From the human T2T-CHM13v2.0 reference genome, Homo sapiens: 64,000 bases of DNA. Both the position numbers and the translations under genes were made by a program. The notes under the pieces were generated by a model that was not told the DNA's origin, ran no database searches, and was given only the letters and a program-made list of their open reading frames with translations. Numbering within the stretch: the stretch's first letter is position 1; each line of letters opens with the position of its first letter. The stretch is taken from NCBI RefSeq assembly GCF_009914755.1, contig NC_060945.1, one strand, 5' to 3'. Positions 1-11,000 of this stretch are shown one piece after another.

Positions 1-166
1 TTTCATTAAATTTTACTGAGTTTAAAAAAGCACTTTAAAGGATTTTTTTGAAAGAGTAACATAGTACACCTAAAAAGTTATTTATAATACAATAAAATAA
101 GATATCCAGGAAAGCTGGAAGAAAGGAAGTAACTGGAAATATGGGAACAAATATCTTTGAGCATCA

Positions 167-1492
167 TTTTTTTTTTAACCTCTGAACTTTTTATTGGCCT
201 CCTGCTCCCCAAAGGTACTCTGCTTCTGCTGGCTTAATGTCTGAGAACTTCGGTGTCATTGGTCCCAGACACCACTTTGCCATCCACTGTCTGGCAGGTG
301 GCAGTCTTTTGGATGGTTTGCATAGAGTTGCTGCTGTCCAGGGCATTACCAAGATTGAAGTCCTCACCATCTTCCAGCAGGGGGTGGTAGGTGGCGATCT
401 CAGCCTCCAGCTTGACCTTATGTTCAGCAGCGCCTCCTACTCCTGGGCCTGGTGCTGCCCCTCTGCCCAGGTCTGTGGCAACTCGGACTCCAGGTGCATC
501 AGGGTCCCATTGGGCTGCTCCATTTGCAGGGCATAGCTGGCCTCCACCTCCTTCAGGCTGTTCTCCAAGCTGGCCTTCAGATTTCTCATCGAGTACAGGT
601 CGATCTCCAAGGACTGAACTGTATGTCTCATCCCCATGAGTATCATCTCAGCAGCTCCAACCTCGATGAACTGTGTGGTGACCACTGTGGTACTCTCCTC
701 AATCAGCCGAGACTAGTATTTGTCCAGCTCCTCTCGGTTTTTCCGAGCCAGCTCATCGTATTGGGCCTGGATGTCTGCCATGATCTTGGTGAGGTCCTGC
801 AATTTGAGGGCATCTACTTCCACGGTCAACCCAGAGCTGGCAATCTGGGCTTGTAGGCCTTTTACTTCCACTTCGTGGTTCTTCTTCATGAAGAGCAGCT
901 CCTCCTTGAGAGCTTCCATCTCTGTCTCCAGCTGCAGTTGAGTGACATTGGTGTCATCAGCGATCTTGTGGAGCCCATGGATGTTGCTCTCCACAGACTG
1001 GTGCATGGCCAGCTCTGACTCATACGTGACTCTAAAGTCATTAGCAGCAATACGGGCATTGTCGATCTGCAGAACGATGCAGGAACTATCCACAGTATTT
1101 GCGAAGATATGAGCACTCAGGTCCTCGATGGTCTTGAAGTAATGGTCCCAGTCTCTGACCTGGGGTCCCTTCTTCTCCAGGGGCTCCCGGATTTTGCTCT
1201 CCAGCTTCCAGTTCTCCGTCTCCAGGCTCCTCACTCTGTCCAGGTAGGAGGCCAGCCAGTTGTTCAGGCTTTGCATCGTCTCCGCATTCTGGATGCCTCC
1301 CATTCCAGCCAGAACCCCGGCCATTCAGGCAGCCAGGACCCCGGACCCCAAACCGACCCGGAAGCTGGTGGAGCAGGACACCAAGATCCGGGAACCAGAG
1401 ACTCGGTGCCTGCGTAGATGGTGGAGAAGGTGGAGCGAGTGGTGAAGCTCATGCTGTCTGGGAGGAGAGAGAGAGGAGAGGACTCAGGCTTT
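167..1492 (-). pseudogene. KRT18: Processed keratin 18 pseudogene (KRT18P-type retrocopy)
   Basis: Minus-strand translation matches K18 from MSFTTRSTFST (ATG 1452) through LASYLDRVRSLETEN, LTVEVDA and KNREELDKY to KVLRH* (stop 234-236). It is intronless, with AATAAA at 195-190 and a poly(A) remnant at 167-176. A 13-bp TSD tttgagcatcatt lies at 156-168 and 1493-1505. Disablements: premature TAG at 713 and 437, a frameshift and a head-domain deletion. The specific KRT18P number cannot be assigned. Confidence 0.97.
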
Positions 1493-2000
1493 TTTGAGCA
1501 TCATTCTAAGAAATTAATCACAGAAATTAAAAAGTAGGAAGAATTTAAATAAAAACCTAAATTAATATGCTAATTTTAGACATGAATGTATGAATTAGAA
1601 AAATGTAAATATTTTCTCCTCTGAGCCACAGGTTTCATAACAGCAGCAAATCATACCCTCATATGTTTTCTATAACCCTATGTTCTCAAACAAAATAAAT
1701 CTTGTTTTAAATACTTGAACCCCATATGTATTTATAAGACAATGCAAATCCATATCACCTTTTAGAAAATAGTTTGTTCAAAGCCTCATATTGAACACTT
1801 CTTGACAGGTAAAAATCCTGTAAAAATGAGATTTAAAACAAAGTGCAATAGATACTCCATTGGAAAGACATAAATGACATGGTGTAAAGGGAAAAGGTTA
1901 GTAAAATAATTCCTATTAACTCTCAGAAGTTTTATCTTTATTTTTAAAACACAGAGTATGAGCATCTAGATTAACGTAAGTAAAAAAAAAAAAACAAAAA

Positions 2001-2200
2001 GCATAGCAAATGGTTGCTTAATAGAGTCTATTGACAAAAAGAAAAGATGCATGGAATGTCAATTATTAATAATAATAGAAGATATATATGCATAGCAATA
2101 TAATATTGCAATTGCATAGCAAATGGTTGTTTAATAGAGTCTATTGACAAAAATAAAAGGTGCATGGAATGTCAATTATTAATAATAATAGAAGATATAT
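2001..2200. repeat. Direct duplication of ~88 bp (period 113) with a templated junction
   Basis: gcatagcaaatggttg...gaagatatat occurs at 2001-2087 and 2114-2200 with about 3 mismatches. Confidence 0.9.
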
Positions 2201-2289
2201 TATATTGCATTGTTTTTAATCCTTTACCAATTTTATGGTACTTCTGACATAATGATCTCCTATTTGAGTCACAGTCTAATGAGGCAAAT

Positions 2290-2365
2290 GGGCCAATTAA
2301 TATAACCATTTTTATACATTTAGACTCAAGCTCAGAGCTTTTGTGATTTGTCCAAATTTACCCAG
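2290..2365 (-). mobile_element. MIR fragment
   Basis: ccatttttatacat...ctcagag...gtgatttgtccaa resembles the MIR core, antisense. Confidence 0.45.
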
Positions 2366-2369
2366 GTAA

Positions 2370-3620
2370 ACTGCCTCTAGTCAAAGTCACCAATGAATTC
2401 TGCATTGCTAAACCGTTGGTTAGTTCTCCATCCCAGTCTCACTTGACCTAGAAGAAGTATTTACCACAACTCATTATTACTCCCATATCTTTGACGCACC
2501 ACTTTTATCAGCCTAGACAGCACTTACTTTTCATTTTATTCCTTCCCCACTAGCTGCTACCCCTTCTCATTCTTTTGGTTGCTTTTTCCTCTCTTTCTGA
2601 CTTCTTAATATCAAATGCCCCTGACTTAGTCTGTTTTGTGTTGCTAAAAGGGATATAGGGGCTGAGTAATTTATTAAGAAAAAAAAATGTTGTTTATTTG
2701 GCTTGCAATTGTGATGTCTGAAAAAGTTAAAGATTGGGCATCTGGTAAGCGCATCAGGCTGCTTCCACTTATGGCAAAAAGAGAAGGGGAGCCAGCATGT
2801 GCAGAGATCACATGTGGAGAGAGGAAGCAAGAGAGAGACGCAAATGCTGCCAGAACTTTTTAACAACCTGTTTTCCTGGGAACTAATAGAGTGAGAACTC
2901 ACCCTTAAGGAAGGGCATTAATTTATTCATGAGGGATCTGCCCCCATGACCCAAATACCTCCCACTAAGCCCCACCTACCAACACCAACACGTTGGGCTT
3001 AAATTTCAACATGGAGTTTGTAGGGAACAAACATCTAAACTATAGCAGCCCCCTTTGCTTCCTCTGACATACTCACTCCCTTATTGATTTCATTCTGCTT
3101 CCTCACTAAAAGTACCAATCATATCGCTCTAAAATGTACCTCTCTAACTGAATTTTCCTCTTATACTCTGGATTTATATATTTGACTACCTATACAATAT
3201 ATCCATCTGGGTATCCTATAGACATCTCAGGTTACACATGCCCAGACCTGAATTCCTGATTGCCTTCCCAAGATCTTTTGTACCTGTTTGCTTTGTCATC
3301 ACTATAGATGGGTAATCTACCTTTTAATCAGGCAGCAGATCCTATGAGACGAGGGGTGAGATTTGATCATTGGCTTTAGTAATGTACAAGTCATTGCTGA
3401 ATTTGACAAGAGGTAATTTACTTATGCAAATGCATGAGTTACAATATCACTAAACTTCTGTTAGAGAATATATAAAAATATTTTAAAGTACTGCTAAACC
3501 TTGTTACTTCCACTCCTCACACCCTGGTCAAAGCCACATCATCTCTCACCTGGATTATTGCAGTAAACTCTCTCTTATTAATTTAGTATTCTGCTTCTAC
3601 ATTTGTTGATCCTCCACCTA
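2370..3620 (+). mobile_element. L2 fragments interrupted by an MST LTR
   Basis: gtcaaagtcaccaatgaattctgcattgctaaa and ctggtcaaagccacatcatctctcacctggattattgcag are typical of L2 ORF2. A short inverted L2 piece lies at ~3355-3415. Confidence 0.6.
2622..3047 (-). mobile_element. Solo MaLR LTR, MSTB-like
   Basis: The reverse complement starts TGCTATAGTTTAGATGTTTG and contains GGGTCATGGGGGCAGATCCCTCATGAAT. A 5-bp TSD gcccc lies at 2617-2621 and 3048-3052. Confidence 0.88.
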
Positions 3621-3625
3621 GGCTA

Positions 3626-4129
3626 TAGATGCTCCTCAATTTACAATGGGGTTGTGTCCCAATATGCATATTGTAAGGTGAAAATCTCATAAATTAAAAA
3701 AAAACACGTTTAACACACTTAGCCTATGAAACATCATAGCTTAGCCTAGTCTACCTTAAATGTGCTCAAAATGCTTACATTACCAGTTAGGCAAAATCAT
3801 CTAACACAAAGTCTATTTTAAAATAAAATGTTAACTATCTCATGTAATTTATTGAACACTAAACTGAAAGTGAAAAACGGAATCGTTGTATAAGTACTCA
3901 CCATTAATGTACAGAGTTGAAAGCATGTTGGGCCTGAAGAACATCTGAGGTATTGAATTAAAATTAATTGCAGGTTGCAGAGGATGCTACAGTGACAGGA
4001 TCATCAATCTCTGTCTCTTCTGATGAGGCTCAAGAATAGCATGCAGAGGCACTGGAACATCCACACTTGTGGATGGTTTAACAGGAATAGTGTTCTTCAA
4101 AATTATTTTAAGTATTGGTTGTTTACCCT
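3626..4129. mobile_element. Tigger5/MER47 (TcMar-Tigger) terminal fragment
   Basis: agatgctcctcaatttacaatggggtt...catcatagcttagcctag...caaaatcatctaacacaaag matches the MER47/Tigger5 end as recalled. It is cut off by the THE1 LTR at 4130. Confidence 0.75.
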
Positions 4130-4857
4130 TGTATTAGTCCATTTTCATGCTGCTGATAAAGACATACCTGAGACTGGGCAATTTACAAAAGAAAGTTTAA
4201 TTGGATTTACAGTTCCACGTGGCTGGGGAACCTTCACAATCATGGTGGAAGGCAAGGAAGAGCAAGTCCCACCTTACATGGACGACAGCAGGCAAAGAGA
4301 GAATGAAGAAGATGCAAAAGTGGAAACCCCTGATAAAACCATCAGATCTCATGAGACTTATTCATGACCATGAGAACAGTATGGGGGACCACCCGCCCCC
4401 CATGCCATGATTCAATTATCTCCCAGTAGGTCCCTCCCATATCTCCCAGCAGGTCCCTCCCACAACACCTGGGAATTATGGGAGTACAATTCAAGATGAG
4501 ATTTGGGTGGGGACACAGCCAAACCATATCATTATGTCCCTGGCCCCTGCCAAATTTCATGTCCTCACATTTTAAACCAATCATGCTATTCAAACAGTCC
4601 CCCAAAGTCTTAGCTCATTTCAGCATTAACTCAAAAGTCCACAGTCCAAAGTCTCATATGAGACAAGGCAAGTCCCTTCAACCTATGAGCCTTTAAAATC
4701 AAAAGCAAGCTAGTTATTTCCTAGATAAAATGAGGGTACAGACATTGGGTAAATACAACCATTTCAAATGGGAGAAATTGGCCATAACAAAGAGGCTACA
4801 GGGCCCATGCAAATCCGAAATCCAGCAGGGCAGTCAAGTTTTAAAACTCCAGAATGA
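4130..4857 (-). mobile_element. THE1A LTR (4130-4531) plus adjacent 3' internal sequence
   Basis: The reverse complement runs TGATATGGTTTGG...GGACTAATACA. THE1-int follows (ggcccctgccaaatttcatgtcctcacatttt...). An internal 23-bp tandem duplication lies at 4417-4462. Confidence 0.9.
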
Positions 4858-4885
4858 CCAGAGAGAAATAACCAGTGCAAAAATC

Positions 4886-5640
4886 CTGTTCTCATGGTCG
4901 TGAGTAAGTCTTATAAGATCTCATGGTTTTATTAGTGGTTTCCACTTTTGCATCTTCCTCATTCTGTCTTTGCCTGCTGCCATCTCTGTAAGATGGAAAT
5001 CGCTCCTCCCTGTCTTGTGCAATGATTGCAAGGCTTCCCCAGCCTTGGAACTGTTAAGTCCAGTTAAACCTCTTTATTTTGTAAATTGCGCAGTCTTGGG
5101 TACGTCTTTATCAGCAGCATAAAAATGGACTAATACAATTAATTCATGTCGGGAGTGGCGCACTGCTGAGAAGATACCCAAAAATGTGGAAGCGACTTTG
5201 GAACTGGGTAACAGGCAGAGGTTGGAATGGTTTGGAGGATTCAGAAGACAGGAAAATGTGTGAAAGTTTGGAACTTCCTAGAGACTTGTTGAATGGCTTT
5301 GCCCAAAATACTGATAGCGATATGGACTATAAGGTTCAGGTAGAGGTGGTCTCAGATGGAGATGAGGAACTTGTTGGGAACTGGAACTAAGGTGACTCTT
5401 GTTATGTTTTAGCAAAGAGACTAGCGGCATTTTGCCCCTGACCTAGAGATCTATGCAGGGTCTCTAGGGAGAGAGACGCTAGAGGGTCTCTTGAACTTGA
5501 GGGAGATGATTTAGGGTGTCTGGTGGAAGAAATTTCTAAGCAACAAAGCATTCAAGCAGTGACTTTGGTGCTGTTAAAAGCATTGAGTTTTAGAAGGGAA
5601 ACAGAGAATAAAAGTTTGAAAAATTTACAGCCTGACAATG
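4886..5640 (+). mobile_element. Inverted THE1A segment: 3' part of LTR (4886-5137) plus 5' internal sequence
   Basis: ctgttctcatgg...ggactaataca is followed by aagatacccaaaaatgtggaagcgactttggaactgggtaacaggcagagg. The orientation is opposite to 4130-4857. Confidence 0.88.
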
Positions 5641-5649
5641 GCTCCAGAA

Positions 5650-6046
5650 AATTTATTGTTTTAATTTTTAACTTTTTTGACCATCACAAATAGGACTTTT
5701 TATTTGACACTATTGTAAGTCTGAACTTTAAACACATTCTTGGACTGGTGGTTTATATTCATCAGCTTATACATCTTTAGCACCTGTCTCATCCCCAGTG
5801 GCTTTTCCAGAGCTACTACCTTTACCCAATTCAGACTAGGGCTTCTTCAGCATTTTTACTTTTCTAATGAGAACATCATAAAGGGGATAAATAGACTGGC
5901 AAGGCTTTTCTATGTTTTTCCAGTGCTGCCTGGAATCAATTTATGAACCCCTTCTTTCAAAGCATTTGTCAGCACCTCTCCTTGGGTCATGATTTTCATC
6001 ATCTTCTTCTGGATTTGGTGTACCTGTTGGTGCTGAGCACAGGAGG

Positions 6047-6047
<1 letters not shown>
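5650..6047 (-). pseudogene. RPS3A: Processed ribosomal protein S3A pseudogene, 3' fragment
   Basis: Manual minus-strand translation gives [16 protein letters not shown]...[36 protein letters not shown]. RPS3A reads TSYAQHQQVRQIRKKM...[45 protein letters not shown]. The stop is at 5728-5730, followed by a 3'UTR with AATAAA and an A-rich tail at ~5650-5678. It carries in-frame stops and a 7-codon deletion. Confidence 0.93.
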
Positions 6048-6570
<523 letters not shown>

Positions 6571-6585
6571 ACTCGCTCTCTCTGT

Positions 6586-6930
6586 GTATATATATAAAAT
6601 ATATAAATATATATAAATATATAACATATATTAATATATTATATAATATATAAACATATTATATAATATAATATAGATTATATATTAAATAATATATTAA
6701 TATATTACATAATACATTATATTATATAATATATTATATATTATTATTAATTATATAATATATTAATATATTATATAATTAATAATAATATATAATATAA
6801 TATATTAATAGATGTGCAATATAATATATTAATATATGTGCAATCTAATACATATATGTAATATAAGTATAATATATAATATAATATATATTATGTAATA
6901 TAATACATATATACATATATGTATATACAT
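6586..6930. repeat. AT-rich low-complexity tract containing a perfect 70-bp palindrome (6730-6799)
   Basis: Almost entirely A/T. The 35-bp arms were checked base by base around the centre at 6764/6765. Confidence 0.9.
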
Positions 6931-7190
6931 CTCCTTTACTCACATATTGCCATTCTCAATTAGCCCTATCCTGAAATTTTCATCTCCCTTCCCTTTTTAA
7001 TTATTACCCATATGCCTATCATGTTCTAACACACTGGATCCTTTATTTATTTCTTCATTTATTGGCTTATCGTCCATCCATTATAATATGAGCTCTACGA
7101 AAACACACATTTTTGCTTGTTTCGTACAGTGTAGCAATCCCAGTGCCCTATAACAACTTCTGGTATGGTAGGTGAATGAATGAGTAATAA
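6930..7190 (+). mobile_element. L2 3' end
   Basis: cagtgccctataac...ggtaggtgaatgaatgagtaataaa resembles the L2 tail. Confidence 0.5.
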
Positions 7191-8010
7191 ATGGCAGAGT
7201 GGTTGTATAAAAAGAAACAGAATAACAGAAAGATGAAAAATATATTTTATTCAGCAACTAAAGAAACTATGAAGTCTAGAATAGAATAAAAGCAGATAAG
7301 ATAGTTATTTGTTCATCAATCATCTGCAGTAGAGATAGAGGGTATGATAAGATGCTGGAATGAGTTATACATAATAGTTAAAAGTTAAAGGCAGTACTCA
7401 CCGACTATTAGATAAAAATTGGCACATCTATAGAAAAGGAAAGAGTCATGTGTTATACTGGGTTAAATGATACAAACAGAAACTAGGATGACATCTTAAG
7501 AATTTAAGAAACAAAAGAAAATATAGATAAAGCCAAAAGGCTAATGTTTAAATGTACTTATCAGAGGGTGATATAAGGTATGAATTTATAATTATTAGAG
7601 AAAAAACTGTCAGGCAAATAAAGTACACAACACATAATGATTAATAATTGAGAACAAAATACAATAAACAAGTGGATAAGTAGAACAACAATTTTTTTTT
7701 CATACTTAAGAAGACAGAAGATAGTACTGGTTATTTCATTATTTTCTTCCAGGAAAAAGAAACTAGTTTCATGTTTGAAACTTAGAAAGTTACATCTTAA
7801 TGGAAAAGATGGCTCTGTCAATGAAGCTCATTAACAAAGCACCTGAAATACTAAAAAGCCAAGTACAAATGTTATGGTTGCTTTCACAAATTATGCGAAT
7901 AAATACTCAGAAGCCAAAAGAAAGCAGATAGGGTACGTAATGTCTTGGGAAAGAAAAAACATGCTTAATTATCTTGCAATACATTTTTTGTTAATAATTA
8001 AGAAGAAAGT

Positions 8011-11000
8011 GGGGAGGGGTCAAGATGGCCAACTAGAAACAGCTGCTGTCGGAGGCTCCCATTGGGAAGAGTGAACACAGCAAGTGAAACCAGCATCGGC
8101 AACTGAGGTATCCAGGTTCTCTCACTGGGATTGACCAGGCAGTTGGTGCGAACCACAGAGTGAGGAAAAGCAGGTTGGTGCGACGGCCCACCTGGGAGCT
8201 ACACGGGGCAAGGGGAACTCTCACCCCCAGCTAAAGGGAGGCAGTGAGTGATCATGTTACTTGCCTGAGAAGCCACACTTTTTCCACGGATCTGTGCAAC
8301 CCATGGCTCAGGAGTTCCCCCCGTGAGCCCACGCCGCCGGGGCCTTGGGTCCCAAGCACAGAGCTGTGCAGATTCTCAATGGCCACTTGGCTGGAGACTG
8401 CCTAAGACTATCGAGTTTCCAGGGGGAGGGGTGGCCATCATTACTGTGGCTGCCTGCTGCCTAAAATGACTGAGCTCCCAGGGAGAGGGGCAGCCACCAT
8501 CACTGCAGGTCCAGTTTGCCGTTTTTTTCTCCTGCTGGTGCCGGAGAGATTGGATGCTTTAGACCTAGGAGGAATTCTCCACAGTGCAGCACACTGGCTG
8601 TCACAGAACACGGCCTGACTGCCTCTTCAGGCCAGACTCTGACCCATCTCTTTTCACTAGGTGGGGCCTCCCTGCAGGAATTTCAGCTACTCTAGCAAGG
8701 GGTTTAGGGACAGAACCCTGATCTCCCGCATCTGAGCCCCTGGGGAGAGGGGAGGCTGTGGTCTCCACAGATCAGCAGACCTAGTCTTTCTCCCTGCTGG
8801 TCCTGAGGAATCCAGGCAGTTCAGATGAATGGGATTCCCCACAGCTCAGCACATCCCTCCACAAAGGGGCAGCCAAAATGCTTCATTAAGTGGGTCCCGG
8901 ATCCTGTGCCTCCTGAATGGGTGAGAGACCCCCAACAGGGGTGGCCAGGTACTTTATACAGGAGCGTTCCTGCTGGCATCAGGTCAGTGCCCCTCTGGGA
9001 CAGAGATGCCAAAGGAAGAAGCAGGTAGCTATCTCAGCTATCTTTGCTGTTCTGCAGCCTCCACTGGTGACACCTCCAGGTGAGGGAGGGACCCAGGCAA
9101 ATAGGATCTGGAGTGGGCCCCCGGCAAACTGCAGCAGCCCTACAGAAGAGAGGCCTGACTGTTAAAAGAAAAACAGACAAATGGAAAGCAACCATGACAA
9201 CAGCATCAACAGAAAAGTCCCCACAAAACCCCATCCAAGCATTAGCAGCCTCAAAGATTGAAGCTAAATAAACTCACAAAGGTGAGAAGGAATCCACAAA
9301 AACATATTGAAAACTTAAAAAGCCGTATTTCTTCTTCTCCTCCAAATGATCTCAACACCTATCCAGCAAGGACGCAGAACTGGGAAGAGGCTGAGATGGA
9401 TGAATTGACAGAAGTAGGCTTCAGAAAGTGGATCATAATGAACTTTGCTCAGCTAAAAGAGCATGTTCTAACCCAGTGCAAAGAAGCTAAGAACCATGAT
9501 AAAACATTACAGGAGCTGTTATCCAGAATAACCAGTTAGTGAGGAACATACATGACCTGATAGAGCTGAAAAACACAACACGAGAACTTCACCATGCAAC
9601 CACGAGTATCAACAACTGAATAGACCAAACAGAGGAAAGAATTTCAGAGCTTTAAGGCTGTCTTGCTAAAATAAGATAGGCAGACAAGATTAGAGAAAAA
9701 GGAATGAAAAGGAATAAGTGAAGCCTCTGAGGACAATGGGGTTGTGCAAAAAGACTAAATCTATGACTGGTTGGGGTACCTGAAAGAGATGGGGAGAATG
9801 GAACCAAGCTGGAAAACATACTTCAGAATGTCATCCAGGAGAATTTCCCCAGCCTAACATGACAGACCAACATTCAAATTAAGGAAGTCCAGAGAACCCC
9901 AGTAAGATACTCCATGAGAAGATCAACCCCAAGACACATAATCGTCAGATTCTCCAAAGTTGAAATGAAGGAAACAATGTTAAGGGCAGCCAGGAGAAAA
10001 GCCAGGTTACCTACAAAGGGAAGCCGATCACACTCATACGGATCTCTCATCAGAAACCCTACAAGCTGGAAGAGATTGGGGGTCAATTTTCAATATTCTT
10101 AAAGAAAAGAATTTCCCACCTAGAGTTTCATATCCAGCCAAACTAAGCTTCATAAGTGAAGGAGAAATAAAAGCCTTTTCTGACAAGTAAATGCTGAGGG
10201 AATTCATCATCACCAGGCCTGCCTTGCAAGAGCTCCTGAAGGAAGCACTAAATATGGAAAGGAAAAACTGGTACCAGCCACTGCAAAAACACACTGAAGT
10301 ACAAGGACCAATGACACTATGAAGCTACTTCATCAACAAGTGTGCAAAATAACCAGCTGGCATCATGATGACAGGATGAAATTCACACAAAACAATATTA
10401 ACCTTAAATGTAAATGGGCTAAATACCCCAGTTGAAAGGCCAAAATGGCAGGCTAGATAAAGAGTCAAGACTCACTGGTGTGCTATATTCAAGAGACCTG
10501 GCCGGGCATGTGGTTCACACGTGTAATCCCAGCACTTTGGGAAGCTGAGGCAGGCAGATCACAAGGTCAGGAGATTGAGACCATCCTGGCTAAAATGGTG
10601 AAATGCCATGTCTACTAAAAATACAAAAAAATTAGCCGGGGGTGGTGGCAGGCGCCTGTAGTCGCAGCTACTCAGGAGGCTGAGTCAGGAGAATGGGGTG
10701 AACCTGGGAGGTGGAGCTTGCAGTGAGCTGATATCGCACCACTGCACTCCAGCGTGGGCGACAGAGTGAGACTCCATCTCAAAAAAAAAAAAAAAAAAAA
10801 AAAGAGACCCATCTTATGTGCAAAGACACAATTTGGCTCGAAATAAAGGGATGGAGGAAACTTTATCAAGCAAATGGAAAGCAGAAAAAAGCAGGGGTTG
10901 AAATCCTAGTTTCTGACAAAACAGACTTTAAACCGACAAAGATCAAAAACAGACAAAGAAGAGCATTACATAATGGTAAAGGGATCAATTCAACATGAAA

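Noticed and set aside
237-1445. Plus-strand ORFs overlapping the KRT18 copy
   Set aside because: They are antisense shadows of keratin coding sequence with no independent evidence.
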